Shown: piece after piece, positions 50,089 through 64,000 of the stretch | Numbering within the stretch: the first letter of the stretch is position 1 | Layout of the letters: the number at the start of each line of letters is the position of its first letter | Assembly: GCA_002245135.1 (NCBI GenBank) | Contig: NGBS01001178.1 | Location: 62,001 to 126,000 of the forward strand | DNA length: 64,000 nucleotides | DNA from: Proteromonas lacertae | Taxonomy: Eukaryota | Reading direction: 5' to 3' | Program-made: the position numbers and the translations under genes | Notes under the pieces: generated by a model | What the model was told of the DNA's origin: nothing | Database searches by the model: none | Seen by the model: only the letters and a program-made list of their open reading frames with translations

Positions 50089-50673
50089 ATGAACCAAAAC
50101 CCAGAAATACAAGAAAATATAAAGAAGCTCCAAGAGAAATTCCAAGGAGTATAAATACTAACCTTTTTATAAACGCATTGAATCATTTAACTTATCTTTA
50201 TATATGAAGTTCTGCAATATTATAATTAATATAAACTATTTTTTATTTATAATTTTATATTCATGTTATAGGTTCAAATCGGTGGTAAAGGATCAGTAAG
50301 AAGAAAGCATAAGGTAGCTCATAAATCAACAACAGAAGATAAAAAAATCCAAAATCAACTTAAGAAACTTGGACTTAACCAAATTCCCAATGTTGATGAT
50401 GCTATGTTTTTCATGAAAGATGGTTCAGTCATAAAGACAACCAAACCTAATGTACAAGCATCTATGCAAGGAAGCTGTTTCGTTATTAGTGGAGGAAAAT
50501 CAGAGAAAAAGACCCTTGCTGATGTATTACCCGATGTTATTTCACAATTACCAGCTTCAGCACTTAAAGGAGCTGCAGCAGGATCAACCCCAGCTGCACC
50601 AGCTGCTTCAAGTGATGAAGTTCCAGAATTAGAAGAAAACTTTGATGAAGCTGCCGATGATAACAAAAAGTAA
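50089..50673 (+). CDS. BTF3: Nascent polypeptide-associated complex beta subunit
   Basis: VQIGGKGSVRRK, PNVQAS and EVPELEENFD motifs; single intron 50149-50271. Confidence 0.93.
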
Positions 50674-50809
50674 TTAATGTATTTTCTAATAGAAGCCTCA
50701 ATAATATTCTTGTATTGTGTTGGTTAAAATTCATTTTTTAATATTTATGGGGTATGTAGTATTAATCGAAAATTTTTGATCAAAATACCCATAAATTGTT
50801 TCTTTCGTT

Positions 50810-53800
50810 ATGTTGGTTTATATTGTCTTTTTCCTTCTTTTATTCATATCTTATGCTTTAGGTCTAAGTGATCCAGATGATATATATACTATTGGTCTTT
50901 TAAGTCAAAGAAATTATGCAATAGATCAAGATATAATGAATTCTATCAAATTAGCATTTACAGAAGTTAGTTTTGGAAGAGCAATTATTTTTAAGTTTGA
51001 AGAGGATTACTATGACGATTCAAGTAAATGCGGTGAGAGAGTGGAGTATTTAATAGGTAAATCTGTATCAGTTATATTTGGTGGAATATCCCATGAATGT
51101 CTAATTCATGCAAGTAAAGCAGTAAAATATTCAAACGTTATTTTTCTAACAGCAGCATCTGGATTGGATTCAGAGTGTAATTCCAATGTAATATCATCAC
51201 CCAGTTTTATAAGAAGGCTAGCGACAATAATGGCTCCTCAATTCCAAAATGTGATATTTATTGGTGAAGAGAATAATTACTATGATGAAATTAACCAAAC
51301 AAATGTATAATCAATACAATCTATACAATATCTTCAACAATTCAAATTTTGATTTTATAATTTACGATTCCTGCTGAAACAGGTAGTGATATAGGTGATA
51401 AATTGGTCAATACATTACTACCATCAGGTGGTTATTTAATATCCTTCCTAGATAACGATAAATTAAAAACCATATTTCCAGATATAAAAACCAAAATTCA
51501 AGGTAAAGAGATAAAATTAATTTGTTTCTTTCAATCTTGTAGTAATTTATACTATGAAAATCCAACATTATTTGATGGTCAGTTATTATATTCATCCTTT
51601 ATTAATGAAAGCTCTTTATTTTACGATTATTATACAACAAAATATTCAATTACAAGTGATATAATAGTTACTGAATATATGTTTAATTCATTTATGCTGG
51701 CTTTGTCATTTCGTAAAGCAGTTTCATCTACTCATTTTACACTGCCATCAATTATTCGTCCAGTTTTAAGCGGAACTCATACATTTGATGGTATTTCAAT
51801 ATATATAAGTTCCAATAATATATTCGTTACAAAATATAATATTTATACAATAAAAGGTGATACAAGTACATTTATTGATTATGGAAATATGACAATATTT
51901 AATTATATCAATCCATACTCTATATCACCATTTCTTCCTGATTATTATAAAGATGTAAAAGATTCATTATCAAATTGTGAGGGTGATATAATTATCACTA
52001 AGCCAGTCCATCATATAATCATATTACACAAAGAAATAGTGATTACATTAGCAGCTGATTATTTAGAGGCAGTTTTCTATGAATTAATTAATATTAACGT
52101 GAATGGAGGTTTATTGAATAATTATATATTACCTCACTTTCTATTGATGAATGAAAATGTATTGAAATATATGAAGTTTTATATTGAAGAATATAATGTA
52201 AAAACAATATTTGGATTTGAACCTGATTTAAAAATAAGTGAAGAATTTCATGATATCATTGATAATAATAGAGTTATGTTTTTTGTATTGTCTCCATCTA
52301 CTGGAAATCTTTGTTCACCAAATATTATGTATGTGAATACTGTCTTATATTATTCCGTTGAGTTTTTATTTTCAGTTACACCATTTATTCCAGAATATCA
52401 ATATCCAGTACATATTATAATTCAAGAAAATTTAATCAATTTGAATTATTTAAATAAAAAGATAGTTTCATTTCCATATGGATATTCTATTTATTTCATT
52501 TCTAATTGTCAAAATGTAACTGATATAATGAATAATAAAATCTTAACAGTAAAAACAAATTATACTATTTTAACATTAATGACAATTTGCCATAAGGAAT
52601 TTTTTACAGCTTTGGATGTTGGAAGTGATAATATTAAAGGGGTTTTACCTATGTTTATATCATCTTATCAACAATTGATAGTATATGGAAATAAAGTATA
52701 TATATATATATATATATTCATTAATTTTGTATAGTATGAAAGGATTTGTTTAGTAGCAAGAACCACAATGAATGATATTAAAAAGGAAGTGAGTGACTTT
52801 ATTGTTGATTCATTAACACCAATTAAACCATCAGCAGATGTAGTGATTGGAAATGAAGCGTTTTATATATGGAGAACATCAGTCACTAGTTCATCATCAC
52901 TTGATCCAGAGGACTACAAACTGTATATATATATATATATATAAGTTACTATTATATTATATTTATAGTCATTTTTACGATTTTCCAGTTCATGATGAAA
53001 ATAAAATTGTATTTTCAAATTATATTTACAGTAATTTGTACTTGATACATTTCAATAAATCTGAAGAAATCATTACTCATCAATCTTTAGCTTTGAATTC
53101 TCCACAATTAGTGTATTATGATGCAAATGACAATTATAAATTATGTATTGCAAATGAAGGATGTATTTTTTTTTTTTACTTTTATTTTTTAATAGATACA
53201 AAGGTAGAAAGTGAATTAATTTGTTTAATATTAGACGATACATTAAGTTATACTGAAACATTTACAATCAGTAATATGAATTTCTATATATCATCTAAAT
53301 ATGATGATTATATTATATTTTATCAGACTTATCAATGTGAATTGAGCAATATCAGTTGTATTGATTTAGCAATGAACGAATGTGTGAATATGAGAGCGAA
53401 TTATACAGTCGGTTTGTTTACTGAGGAAGTAGTGGAAAAGATTAAAATATATTTTGATAGAATTCAAGTTATTAATATATTATCATATTCGAATTATGAT
53501 TGCCATGTTAATTTTACAAAAGTATAAATGATTATTATTATTTTTATTATATAGTATGGATATTCATTAACTCAATCTGTAGAATCTATAGCTAAACTAT
53601 TTCATGATGAAAATATACAAGGAAGTAATACAATGTGTGTAGTTGGTCCAAATGATATGTATAATATATAATATAATAATGATAATGATAAATAGATATA
53701 CAAATAATCTTATAGATATGTTAAAGAACCATATCTACACTTCACAATTCGATATTCTATACATCAACAAAAATGACGCTAATGTAAATACAAAAATCAA

Positions 53801-56800
53801 TACCAACTGTAAAAACTCAATATTAATTTCCACTTTATTAACAGATGATGATTATCACTTATTCAAAACACTTGCAGTAGATTCATCAATAACAGTAGTT
53901 AATTTTAGATATATAAATCCAGGTGAAAACCATTATACACCATATTTCAAAAATCATTATTTTGTCGGCTTAATGTATGCAATGGAAAGTTCATTATATC
54001 AGCAAATACTCTCATCTTTACTAACATTCTTGAAATCTATTGAATATGAATATTACTTCCAAGTTATTCCCTCATTACCTTTATATCTCATCTCTGCTGT
54101 TCAAATGACCCAATATTTATACACTCAGAATGTTCCATTAACATTTGATTCATTTGAAGATGTTGTTACACTCTATCCTGATAAACAAATAGGTAGATAT
54201 TTGAGATTATTGTTCTTTAATGGAACACATTTAAGTGAAGATTATAGATCACCCGTTTCGATTATTCATTTATCATTTTTAAGATATGATCCAAGTAGTT
54301 GGAATGAGTATTGTAGCTTTTTAATTGATGAACAAAATCCAGTAATACATGTTGAAGTTGTATTAGTTGGAGTGTTATATAACTCTATGGATGATTATTC
54401 TACTATTTATAGTATGCTTGCAGCAGCTGAAAGTACATTTAAAGTAGAAACAGTTGAAGATACCATTGTCAAGTTAATTCCAATAAAATATGAACCAAAT
54501 AATGTTGAAGAGAAATTGAATTTATTTGTCGAAAGTTATAGTGAGAGAATTATCGCATTATTTCAAATTGATAATGATATTGATGAAGATTTAATTGTGG
54601 CATTTTGTGAAAGAAAAGATGTACCTGTAATAAGGTTATTTACTCCATTAGAATTGGGATGTAATAATTATATGTATATAATATTTCTCTTTCTCTTTCT
54701 CTTTCTCTTTCTCTTTCTCTTTCTCTTTCTCTTTCTCTTTCTCTTTCTCTTTCTCTTTCTCTTTCTCTTTTCTCTTTCTCTTTCTCTTTCTCTTTCTCTT
54801 TCTCTTTCTCTTTCTCTTTCTCTTTCTCTTTCTCTTTCTTTCTATTATTTTTTATTTAATTATATATTTTATTTTTTGCATTAGTATTGATGCTGCTTTT
54901 AATCCACGAAATCTTTACTATGTCTATTACTTACTTATATTAAAACAATCACATGGTGAAGTGTATATAATAACAGATGGTTCAAAATTAGCCTTTTCAA
55001 TGTTAGATCAAATGCAATCAGACTTCTCATTAATTAATTTAGACATATATACAAGTACTATTACATCAAAAAGTACAAATGATGAATTATATTTATTAAT
55101 GAAAGATATAATACTGAAGTTCCCTGATGGAGGATTGATATTGTATTTATGTAATGAATGTAAAAATACAGTCGTTTTTTATGATTACATTTATACTTAT
55201 TTATTGCATTTAAACGATGAAATTGACTATTTTTATCCATATTTCTTTGTCACTAATGATCCAATGTATGATTATACCTCAATATTAGATAAAAAGATAT
55301 TCAAAAATATAGTATTTATATCCGATTTCTTATATGATGATAATGAAGAATTAACTAAATATTATCAATGGAAATCAACTTTGATTGGTTCAACAGGAAT
55401 GAAAATTGATAGTAAAGGTATTTATGGATATTCATTATATACAATCTCTTCAATGCAATTCGTGATTCAACAAGTTATGAATATTCAAAATGGTCATTCT
55501 TCATCTACAATCGTGTGTATAAATCACCTTTAAATGATATATTATTAACCAACGATAGAGCATTATTCACTGATTCATATTTTATATCTTATAATTTAGA
55601 AAGTAATTTATTTTATGTAGCTCAAAAAGTGGGTGTTATGACTCCAAATATATTCTTAGATTATCGATATACATACTTATCTTACTGTAAAATGCAGGAA
55701 ATTGATACTTATATAATCACAATATTACATCCATTTACACCTAAAGGATTGTTTGATAAATATATTGATAATGTAATTCAATTGTATGATTATTTACAAA
55801 GTATGAATTATGAAGGTGGAATAATGGGAAAATTTGTAGAACCAATTATTGTTGATATAGGAAGTGATGAAGTTACAACAAGAAATGAATTGTTAAAGAT
55901 ATTTGAAAAAGATAAAAAACCATTAACATTTGTTGGAGGTCATATATATCCAAACATACGTCAAGTTATTTCAGAGGTTTTGGTAGAAAAGAGTAATGAG
56001 AAAAACAGTTATTATTTATGGAGTATTTATGAAGTCGTAGATTTAGAATGTTTTCCAAATATATTCAACTTAAATTCAGTTTTTTATTTGAAATTTTTAA
56101 ATGCTATGAATTATATCTTAACAAAGAGAATCAATAATTTATTGTATGTTGTTTCAGGAAGAAGTAGTTTGATGGAAGTAAAATCAATAATATACAATTA
56201 CCATATCACTGCCAATCAGTTAAATACTACAATGATGATGATAATTGATTCAAGAATCGATTTACTCAATAAAATCAATAAAATAACCACTCGAAGTGAA
56301 GAAATCGGTGAAAAAGTTGGAATAATATTTGATATAGATATTGAATATAAAAAAATCATATATCCTGAAATTGATAAAAAGAATAACTTGAAAGATCAAT
56401 ACTTTTGCGTAGATATCAATGTAATTAATGATTATAATAAACTTAAAGATTACAAAGAAAACACATTTTCATTCTTTTTGAACTATCATCCTGATTATCA
56501 ATTGTTATTTGCTGGAACAATTAATGGATGAAAACATTCACCCTGTTTTGTCTTATACTTCTATTTCTCCATTTACTCCAATAATTGCTTCTATTCCTTA
56601 TATGATTGAAGAAATTGGAAATATAAGAGGAACTTTTGAAGGTGATTGGTTAGACACCATATTTGGTTATTCATTTTTATCACCTGAAGGTTATTATATA
56701 TTTAATGATAATTTATTAGTGACAAGACCTTATCGATTTGGTACATTTATGACTGTTAATGATAGAAAAATGATTGTAATGGATCATTATAATAAAGATA

Positions 56801-59800
56801 CCTCAGAACCATTTTTATATTCGATATTATACAATAATTATGGTTTAGATGCTTATATGGATAGAGATCATTGCAATTTCAATACAATGAAAGAATATTC
56901 CAATAAATATTTAGTTGTTGTAGTAACAAATGATGAACATAATATGAATAAAAAAATAAAGAATATGAATAGTAAAGATTCAAAAGATTTTACATTTGGT
57001 ATTGTAATCAGTCTATTAAAGCCACTATTTGTTGATAATATCATTGTTACTCCGTATTTCATTAAGGTAGACACAGAAACAACAACAACAGAAGAAGTTA
57101 CAGAAATTCTCAATCCAATGAAAGAAAAGATATTATCATTTGTTGGATGTCAGAATATTGACTGTATTGAAATAATTAAACCAATTTTAAATACTTGTAA
57201 AAGTGATCAAATCTTAATTACTTCTGTTGAATTCTTAAATGAATGTAATCCTCATATAGTGACAATTGGTTATCCAATCTATCAATCACTTTTACATGTT
57301 ATTGACCATTTTATGTCACTCATATTTACACAATATATTATTATTTATGATAGCACTTGTAGCTCAGAATCTTTGCAGTTTATTAAGGATTATATTACAT
57401 TTTATCATAGTGTTTATGAATTGTTTGATATAAGAGATAAAAGTATAACTGAAGAGACGATTATAAATTCATTTATATCATATGAAAAAGTAGTAGTATT
57501 AGTAATTATTGATGACTCTACAAAAATAGAATATTTATATAGATATGCCAATTTTAAGCATATTATTGTGTTATATAACATATTCCCACCAAGTTCAATA
57601 TTTATTGATGACGAGATAAGTGATTTTAAGAAAATTGGTTCCACTAAAGATGGTATTTATGTATTAAACCAATTAACGTTCAAAGATTCTACAGTTGTTC
57701 AATCTATCATAGAATTATTTAACAACGATTATAATCACTTAACAGTTACAACAAATATGATATTAGGTTATTTATCAATTCATTTCTTGGAATATATTTT
57801 TGAGACATTTTCATATTCATTATCAAGTGAAGAAAAGAATGAAAAGCAGTTCATTTCATCAGATTTTACTATTTTTGAAGTATTTCATTACTTTAGTAAA
57901 ACTCAAACAATCACAAATCCAGTGGTACTATTGCAATATAGAGATGGAGATTATAAATTAGTTCATCGATTCTCCAATTTACATATTTTCAAAAACAAAT
58001 TTCCACAATTCTCCAGTAAGTACGTTGGAAGAGCATGTGATTTTCAGAATGGAGATGAGAATCATGAAACGACATTAGCAGTTAAGAAAATAGCATTATT
58101 ATTCTCTTTTGAAGGAAAATTCAAGTATTATGATATTCCAACAGTTTTAGGAATAGCTCAAATATTACATTACATTGAAAAATATGATGATAATTTCTAC
58201 TTATCATCTGTAATTAATATCAAATCAGATACTTCACTATTTGAAACTGAATTTCAGAAGGTAGTTAAAGATGACAGTATAATCTTAGTAATGGTTGGAT
58301 ATGTAAATCAATCTCAAACAGTCATTAAAAGAAACTTAGGAGATACTGATAAATTATTATTAATTGTATATCCATATACAGGAGTTAATTTATCTCCAAA
58401 TATATTATATTCAAGACCAACAACAATGTCTTATTTTTATAAATTATGGGAATTCTATTCGATTGAATATACCTTTGTTCATTGTATTATAATTAGAAAT
58501 AATAAATATCACACATTTGCCAGTAATTTAGAATATACAATCAAAGATTATTGTGGAGATAATGATGATAATAGTGATGAAAAATGGATTGTTAATTATG
58601 ACATTGATTTTGATGATAATAGTGAAAAAATCAATGAAATATTTGATGAAATAAATAGCAAATATGAACATGCTTTAATCCTTGTTACTATAAACAGTGA
58701 TATTTTGAGGACTTTAATTAAAACATTGTGTTTGAGAGGTGATAATACATATTATAAATATCAAATATACTTCATTTATTTATCTATTTTGGATTATTAT
58801 GAATTTTTGAAAAACTGTGAAAATTTCAATGTTGTTAATCCTTCAATAATAAATTATCGATTATTGCAAGTTACAGATGATATAAAACACTCTGATTTGT
58901 TAGGAAAGAAAAATGATATATTAAATTATAGATCTTTTGCTCTTTTAATACATGATACATTGGATTTAGATTTTATTACTGATGATCAATATTCAAGTGC
59001 TATTGGATTATTGTATTACAATTTAATCGATATAAGTTATCCAAATCAAAAAATAAACTCTGATTATTTCATCTATAAGCAACTAGAGACTGAAACAATA
59101 AATGATAATGGTGAAAAAGAAGAAATATCATTTCAGTTTAGTCCATCTTTGAGATTGAAATCTCCAATCTATACAATTGATTTTAGAGATAGTAATTATG
59201 ATTTATATATATCAGAGAATTCCTTGAATATTGCTGGATATCAATTCCCTTATTATATAGAAATAGATTATTCTGAAAGTAGTTATTATAAAACATTTAA
59301 TGTAACTCCAGTTTGTATATTTACTGAATCAATCAAGAACTTTACTAAGTATGAGAAATACACATTATATGGAATATTAAATGGAATGTATCAAATCAAT
59401 AGAAATGGAGGATTACAAATAACTTACTGCGTTCCACGAATATTTTCCTATAACCAATTATTAGAAATGATCAAAAATAAAGACTATGGTTATTGTAATG
59501 TTATTGTAACATTATTCCATACTTCATTGTTGTTAAATATTAAAGATGATATTGAGAATAGTAATTTATTAGCTGTTTCATTGAGAAATGATATAGGAGT
59601 AAATTGTACTAGACATATAATTCATTCAGGCTTATTACCCAATCAACTTGGAACTTTAATATATGATTTTACTGTAACTCAACATTTATATAATTTAATT
59701 GTAGTTTATAATAAAGACGATTATATTTGTAAGTTTAAAGCAGAGTTTTATAAGAATTATTTTGAGAAGAAATTCTATCGATCTGTTGAGACTTATCCTT

Positions 59801-62800
59801 TTGATTATTATGATATTGAAACGATTAAAGATATACCAACTCAAAATAGAACTAACACTTTATATGTGTTATTATTTGGTGAATTAGAGAATGATTTGGT
59901 TGATGTAAATATACTACAATCAATCAGAGAAGCAATGAATTTTGATTATAATTATGTCTATTTAGATATTTCACCAATCAACTTACCAGATAAAAAATAT
60001 AATTATTTATTATATAATACATATCAAATGTCTTCATTCTATGAAGAACTGAAAGATATGGATCACTTATATCACTATTGATGATAAGTATATTTTAGAT
60101 ATAAAAGAATTTATAAATAATGCAAAAGGAAATTTAAAAGTAGATGATCCAATTAATTCTGTATTTTACATTGGTTATATTACAACTCAATTATTTCAAT
60201 CAGCTGTAGAAGCAACAGGAAATGGAACGGATGTATCAACAATGTTGGATTTAGGTAAATTAACAATTGATATTCCTACAGGAACTTTGAATTTGTTAGA
60301 AAATAATTACTATTCTTATTCTATGTTTATATCAAAATATTGTGATGAAGGTATTAATAGAATTATTTATAGTATTCATGAGTTTAATGTCCCAATGCCA
60401 TTGTACGATCCTACACTTACTACATTATATGATTGCAAAATAAATCCAACAAATCCAGTGGATATCTACAAAAAGAACTTTTAAAATATCAAAGAAAATC
60501 ATTGAATTTGTATATATATTAGATTTAACAAATATTAATCAAGTTGATTCATCTTTTCATATATTATCATCTATAACAATATCTACAAGAGAATATAACA
60601 GCAAACAAAATAATTATTATATTCAAATGACTAGTAAATCATATACATCCATTGAGGAATTAGTAGAAATATTAAATTCCTTAAATCAATTGATTATAAT
60701 GGTAAGTTCAAAACAAGCACTTCAATATTCTACTAAGATAGCAACAGAGTCTTTAATATTCTTTATTAATGATATGTCATCATGTCAAGAAATTACTTCG
60801 AATTCTATTCATATTGCGATGTTGGAAGATCATTATTCTATTCCTTCTTTAGCTTATGGTTCTTCGATTGGTATTGAGAATTATTACTTGATATTTACTG
60901 AAGCAAATGAATTGTATATTATTTGTGTTTTTTTTTTAATACTTTATTATAGTTCTAAATCAATATTGGATCATTTTGTTTATGAAGGAAAATCTTTCAA
61001 TTTTACACAGATTTCATATGCCAATTTTACACCATCATGTAATGATGAATATGATATAAAAAAGTTTAGAAATTTCATTAATGCAGTTATTAATTCACAA
61101 CAGAAATGTGCATGTATATATATATTATTATTATTTTAAAATAGTTTTATTCTTTATTCAAAGTGATTGTTTCAATAAACTATACATCATATTAACAAGT
61201 TACCCAAATGCACAAGAATATATTTCAATATTCTTATACTTTGAACAGTACAATATATTAGAGAATTATCGTTATACAAATTTCAAAATATATATTATTG
61301 GTGATTATATATCAGGTTTAATAACAGGTAGTAATTTCGAAGATGTGATAATATCCAATTCTAATAATTATCTAAGTGCAAATATTTATACATTCCACGC
61401 TTATATTTCAATTCCGTTGATAATGAATGGATTTGAATTAGCTCGAAATTATGCTGGTGGTGTAAATGCAATAACATCCAAAATATTAAGATATAGTCTG
61501 TATAATAGTCCAAATACATTCTCATTTGGTACTTATTCTATTAATAATACAAATACACTGTCTTTTGTATTATATATTGCTCAAGTTTCAAACTTTTTCT
61601 CATTGAATGCTGAGAGTGAAATGACACCTCAATTGTTAATGCATAATATGTTATCATATAATAGAGTTACTGAGATTAAATATTACACAGATTCATTACG
61701 AATTGCTTGCATAGTTTTAGATGTAATTGATATGATAATTATTGTTGCATTATGTGCAGGAATCTTTGTGAATTATAAATCTGTTTTGTTTAGTAAAAGT
61801 GGTTTGGAGTTTGATATGATAATTTTAGTTGGTTCATTTGTATTGATTTTATATAATACAATTTCATTTGGAAAATCTGTTTATGAGATTTTGAATTGTG
61901 TTGTTAAATATCCAATTGTGATGATATTAAATACTTTTTACATCGCTATTTATGGTAGTAAAATACTTAAAGGTTATCATTATTATTTGAATTTCACCAA
62001 CAAATTAGTATATATATATATTATTATTATTATTATTATTATTTATATTATATTAGAATGTAATTACAACAAAAAATATATTCTTTGCAATGGGAATATT
62101 TGCAATTCCGCAAATACTATTATCAGTTTTAAATATTATTATAAGTGTATCAGAATCAACAGAAGAGTTTAGTCCATCAGATTCTGATATTTTGCAGGAG
62201 ATTTATACTATAAAGTGTAGTCATGAAGATATATTTGTGTATATATAATTATATTAATTGTATCTATTTATTTCTAAATAGTGTTTTGCAATTAATTTTA
62301 CATGATTTAATAGTAATATTTTTGATATTAATCTCAATCAAAATTCTCAAAGTCCCAAGATTATTAAACGAACAAAAGAGAATATTAGCCTATTTGATTA
62401 TATATATAGTATATTTCGCTATTTTACCAACACTATCTTACTTTGGAGGTGATGCTGATTTGAACTTAATCGTTTGGGAGTTAGGAATGAATGTAATTAT
62501 TGTTATTGGACCATTATTGTTATTCATTCCAAAGTTTATTACAATTTATTTTGACAAAGATTTTGATGCTTATACTGGTACTCCATCTTCCTCATCTTCA
62601 ATATTGACATATTCAAAATCAAAAGGGTCAAAGAAGAAACAAACAACATCCAAAGTTTATCCAATCGAAGGAAGAACCAAAACACAACAAACAAAAACTC
62701 ATTATACACAATTGCACACAAAAACAAGTGGTGAAAATACTACAACAAATACTCGATTAACTCAAACTAGGACAAATCATAGACATAAGAGAAATCCATC

Positions 62801-63284
62801 GAATATGGTAGTTACATATATTGAAAAAGTGAGAATAGCACAAGATACAACACAACAACCATCCACTCTCTTAGAATCATTGAGTAATCAGAAGAATCCA
62901 AATTTCAATAATAATAATAATAATAATAATAATTACCAAAGTGAAAGTGTTATTGTAAATGCTCCACCAATTTCAAAGAAGAATAGTACTTATGCAATAA
63001 AACAACCTCTAGTAAACAACAATGCAATTAGACATAAAAGTTCTATTGAAGAATCACTTGAAAAGAGTGATAAGGTGGTGAATATGAATGGAGAAAGTAG
63101 TATGAATAACCAAGGAATGGTGAAATTAGGTGGATCTACCTCTGCTGGTGTTGCAAATAAACTGAATATGAATAATAATAATACTTCTAATACTGGTGAA
63201 GATTCTAATACTTTAGCTTCTCAATTACCAAGGAATAGGACTGATACATTTTTAGATGCATTCATACCTGATATAGATAGTTAA
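50810..63284 (+). CDS. Giant class C GPCR-like receptor: signal peptide, about 9 tandem type-1 solute-binding (Venus flytrap, UrtA/AmiC-like) modules, 7TM region and disordered tail; about 6 frame breaks
   Basis: Repeated INxNGG...P and C(S/F)PNI motifs, including NCTRHIIHSGLLPNQ. TM region has FSKSGLEF, GSKILK, KVPRLLNEQKRI and LFIPKF (7tm_3-like). ORFs join by short introns or single-base shifts. Confidence 0.75.
54684..54842 (+). repeat. (TTTCTC)n hexanucleotide microsatellite inside a GPCR intron
   Basis: About 160 nt of pure pyrimidine repeat with one phase slip, lying between a GTAT donor (~54674) and an AG (~54884). Confidence 0.95.
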
Positions 63285-63445
63285 TTAATAATTTTATATT
63301 ATTATTGTTTTGAGAGTATTGAAATTGTGGTTTATTTTAATAATACAAAAAGAAACAATATTCTATAGAATAAAATTTCAATAAAAAACAATCATGAATA
63401 ATATGCTATTTAAAAAAAAACAAGTGGTCATTACTCATTTTTCTT

Positions 63446-64000
63446 CTAATTATTAGTTGCAACTAAAGAAGCAATCATTGAGTTTAATTCAGCCATTTGA
63501 ATTTGAATGTCTGATAATTTCTTTAAACAGTCATTTATAGTAGGACTGGAGCTTGTTGATGGACATTTTGGTACAGTACCAGTAATACTCGTTCTTCTTG
63601 ACTTTGAAGGGGAAGTAGGAGCTGATGTATCACCTGATTTTGATTGGTTAGATGAATTATCAGCAGAAAACCACCATTTGATGAATTTCTTCTTAGTAAC
63701 TCCATCCTTTGGATCAACATCCATCTCATGGAATGCTTTCCATGGCTTTAATTTCAGATCTTTACACAATTTCATTAAAGATTCAGAATCTAAGTTACCA
63801 GTCTTTTTAACATCGTAGCTATCAAAGACATGATTGACATATTCTTCTTCTTCACGTGAATGCTATCATAATAAACTAAGAAAAATGATACTTGAGTACT
63901 TTGACTAAACCACCACTCGGCAAAAGCAGTGAATGTGATGACATTATCTTCAACATCAATTTCCTAAATATTATGGTGTAAATAATACTTTTAAAGCCTT
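63446..64000 (-). CDS. EF-hand-containing protein, 3' portion (gene runs off the window)
   Basis: VFDSYDVKKTGNLD, MDVDPKDGVTKKKFIKWW and IDVEDNVITFTAFAEWW EF-hand-like segments. Confidence 0.7.

Noticed and set aside
54684..54884. FLFLFL/SLSLSL peptide at the end of ORF 53643..54884
   Set aside because: It is the translation of an intronic (TTTCTC)n microsatellite.
1..64000. Stop codons created by polyadenylation (known in Blastocystis) or an alternative genetic code
   Set aside because: Every gene I could trace to its end has a genomic TAA, TAG or TGA. Apparent internal stops fall in introns or follow single-base shifts.

Overview
Very AT-rich, gene-dense eukaryotic nuclear DNA in the standard code, with many tiny GT-AG introns (mostly about 24-45 nt, donor usually GTAT). 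This architecture suggests a Blastocystis-like gut stramenopile; that assignment is inference. After manual splicing I trace about 28 protein genes, including a zf-CW protein, DHHC palmitoyltransferase, RtcB, two G6PDs, a kelch protein, PGK, GTDC1/QTMAN-like, TMEM260-like, a NEK kinase, 3R-Myb, Fe-SOD, Rpt1, CCDC148-like, NAC-beta and an EF-hand protein, plus decayed ABC-transporter and Ig-domain fragments. Six things stand out. (1) A ~12.5 kb class C GPCR-like gene with about nine tandem UrtA/AmiC-like solute-binding modules. (2) An intronless polyprotein of three near-identical PGK domains ending in a CaaX box. (3) Three copies of a BTB-Ig-SPRY gene whose differences are concentrated in non-synonymous, mosaic SPRY loop patches, resembling a diversifying recognition/ubiquitin-adaptor system. 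(4) A ~4.6 kb inverted repeat that homogenised the 3' two-thirds of two otherwise divergent G6PDs. (5) A recurrent TCAAGC motif upstream of genes. (6) About ten reading-frame breaks, nearly all +1, most likely assembly errors. No tRNA, rRNA, transposase or CRISPR array was recognised.
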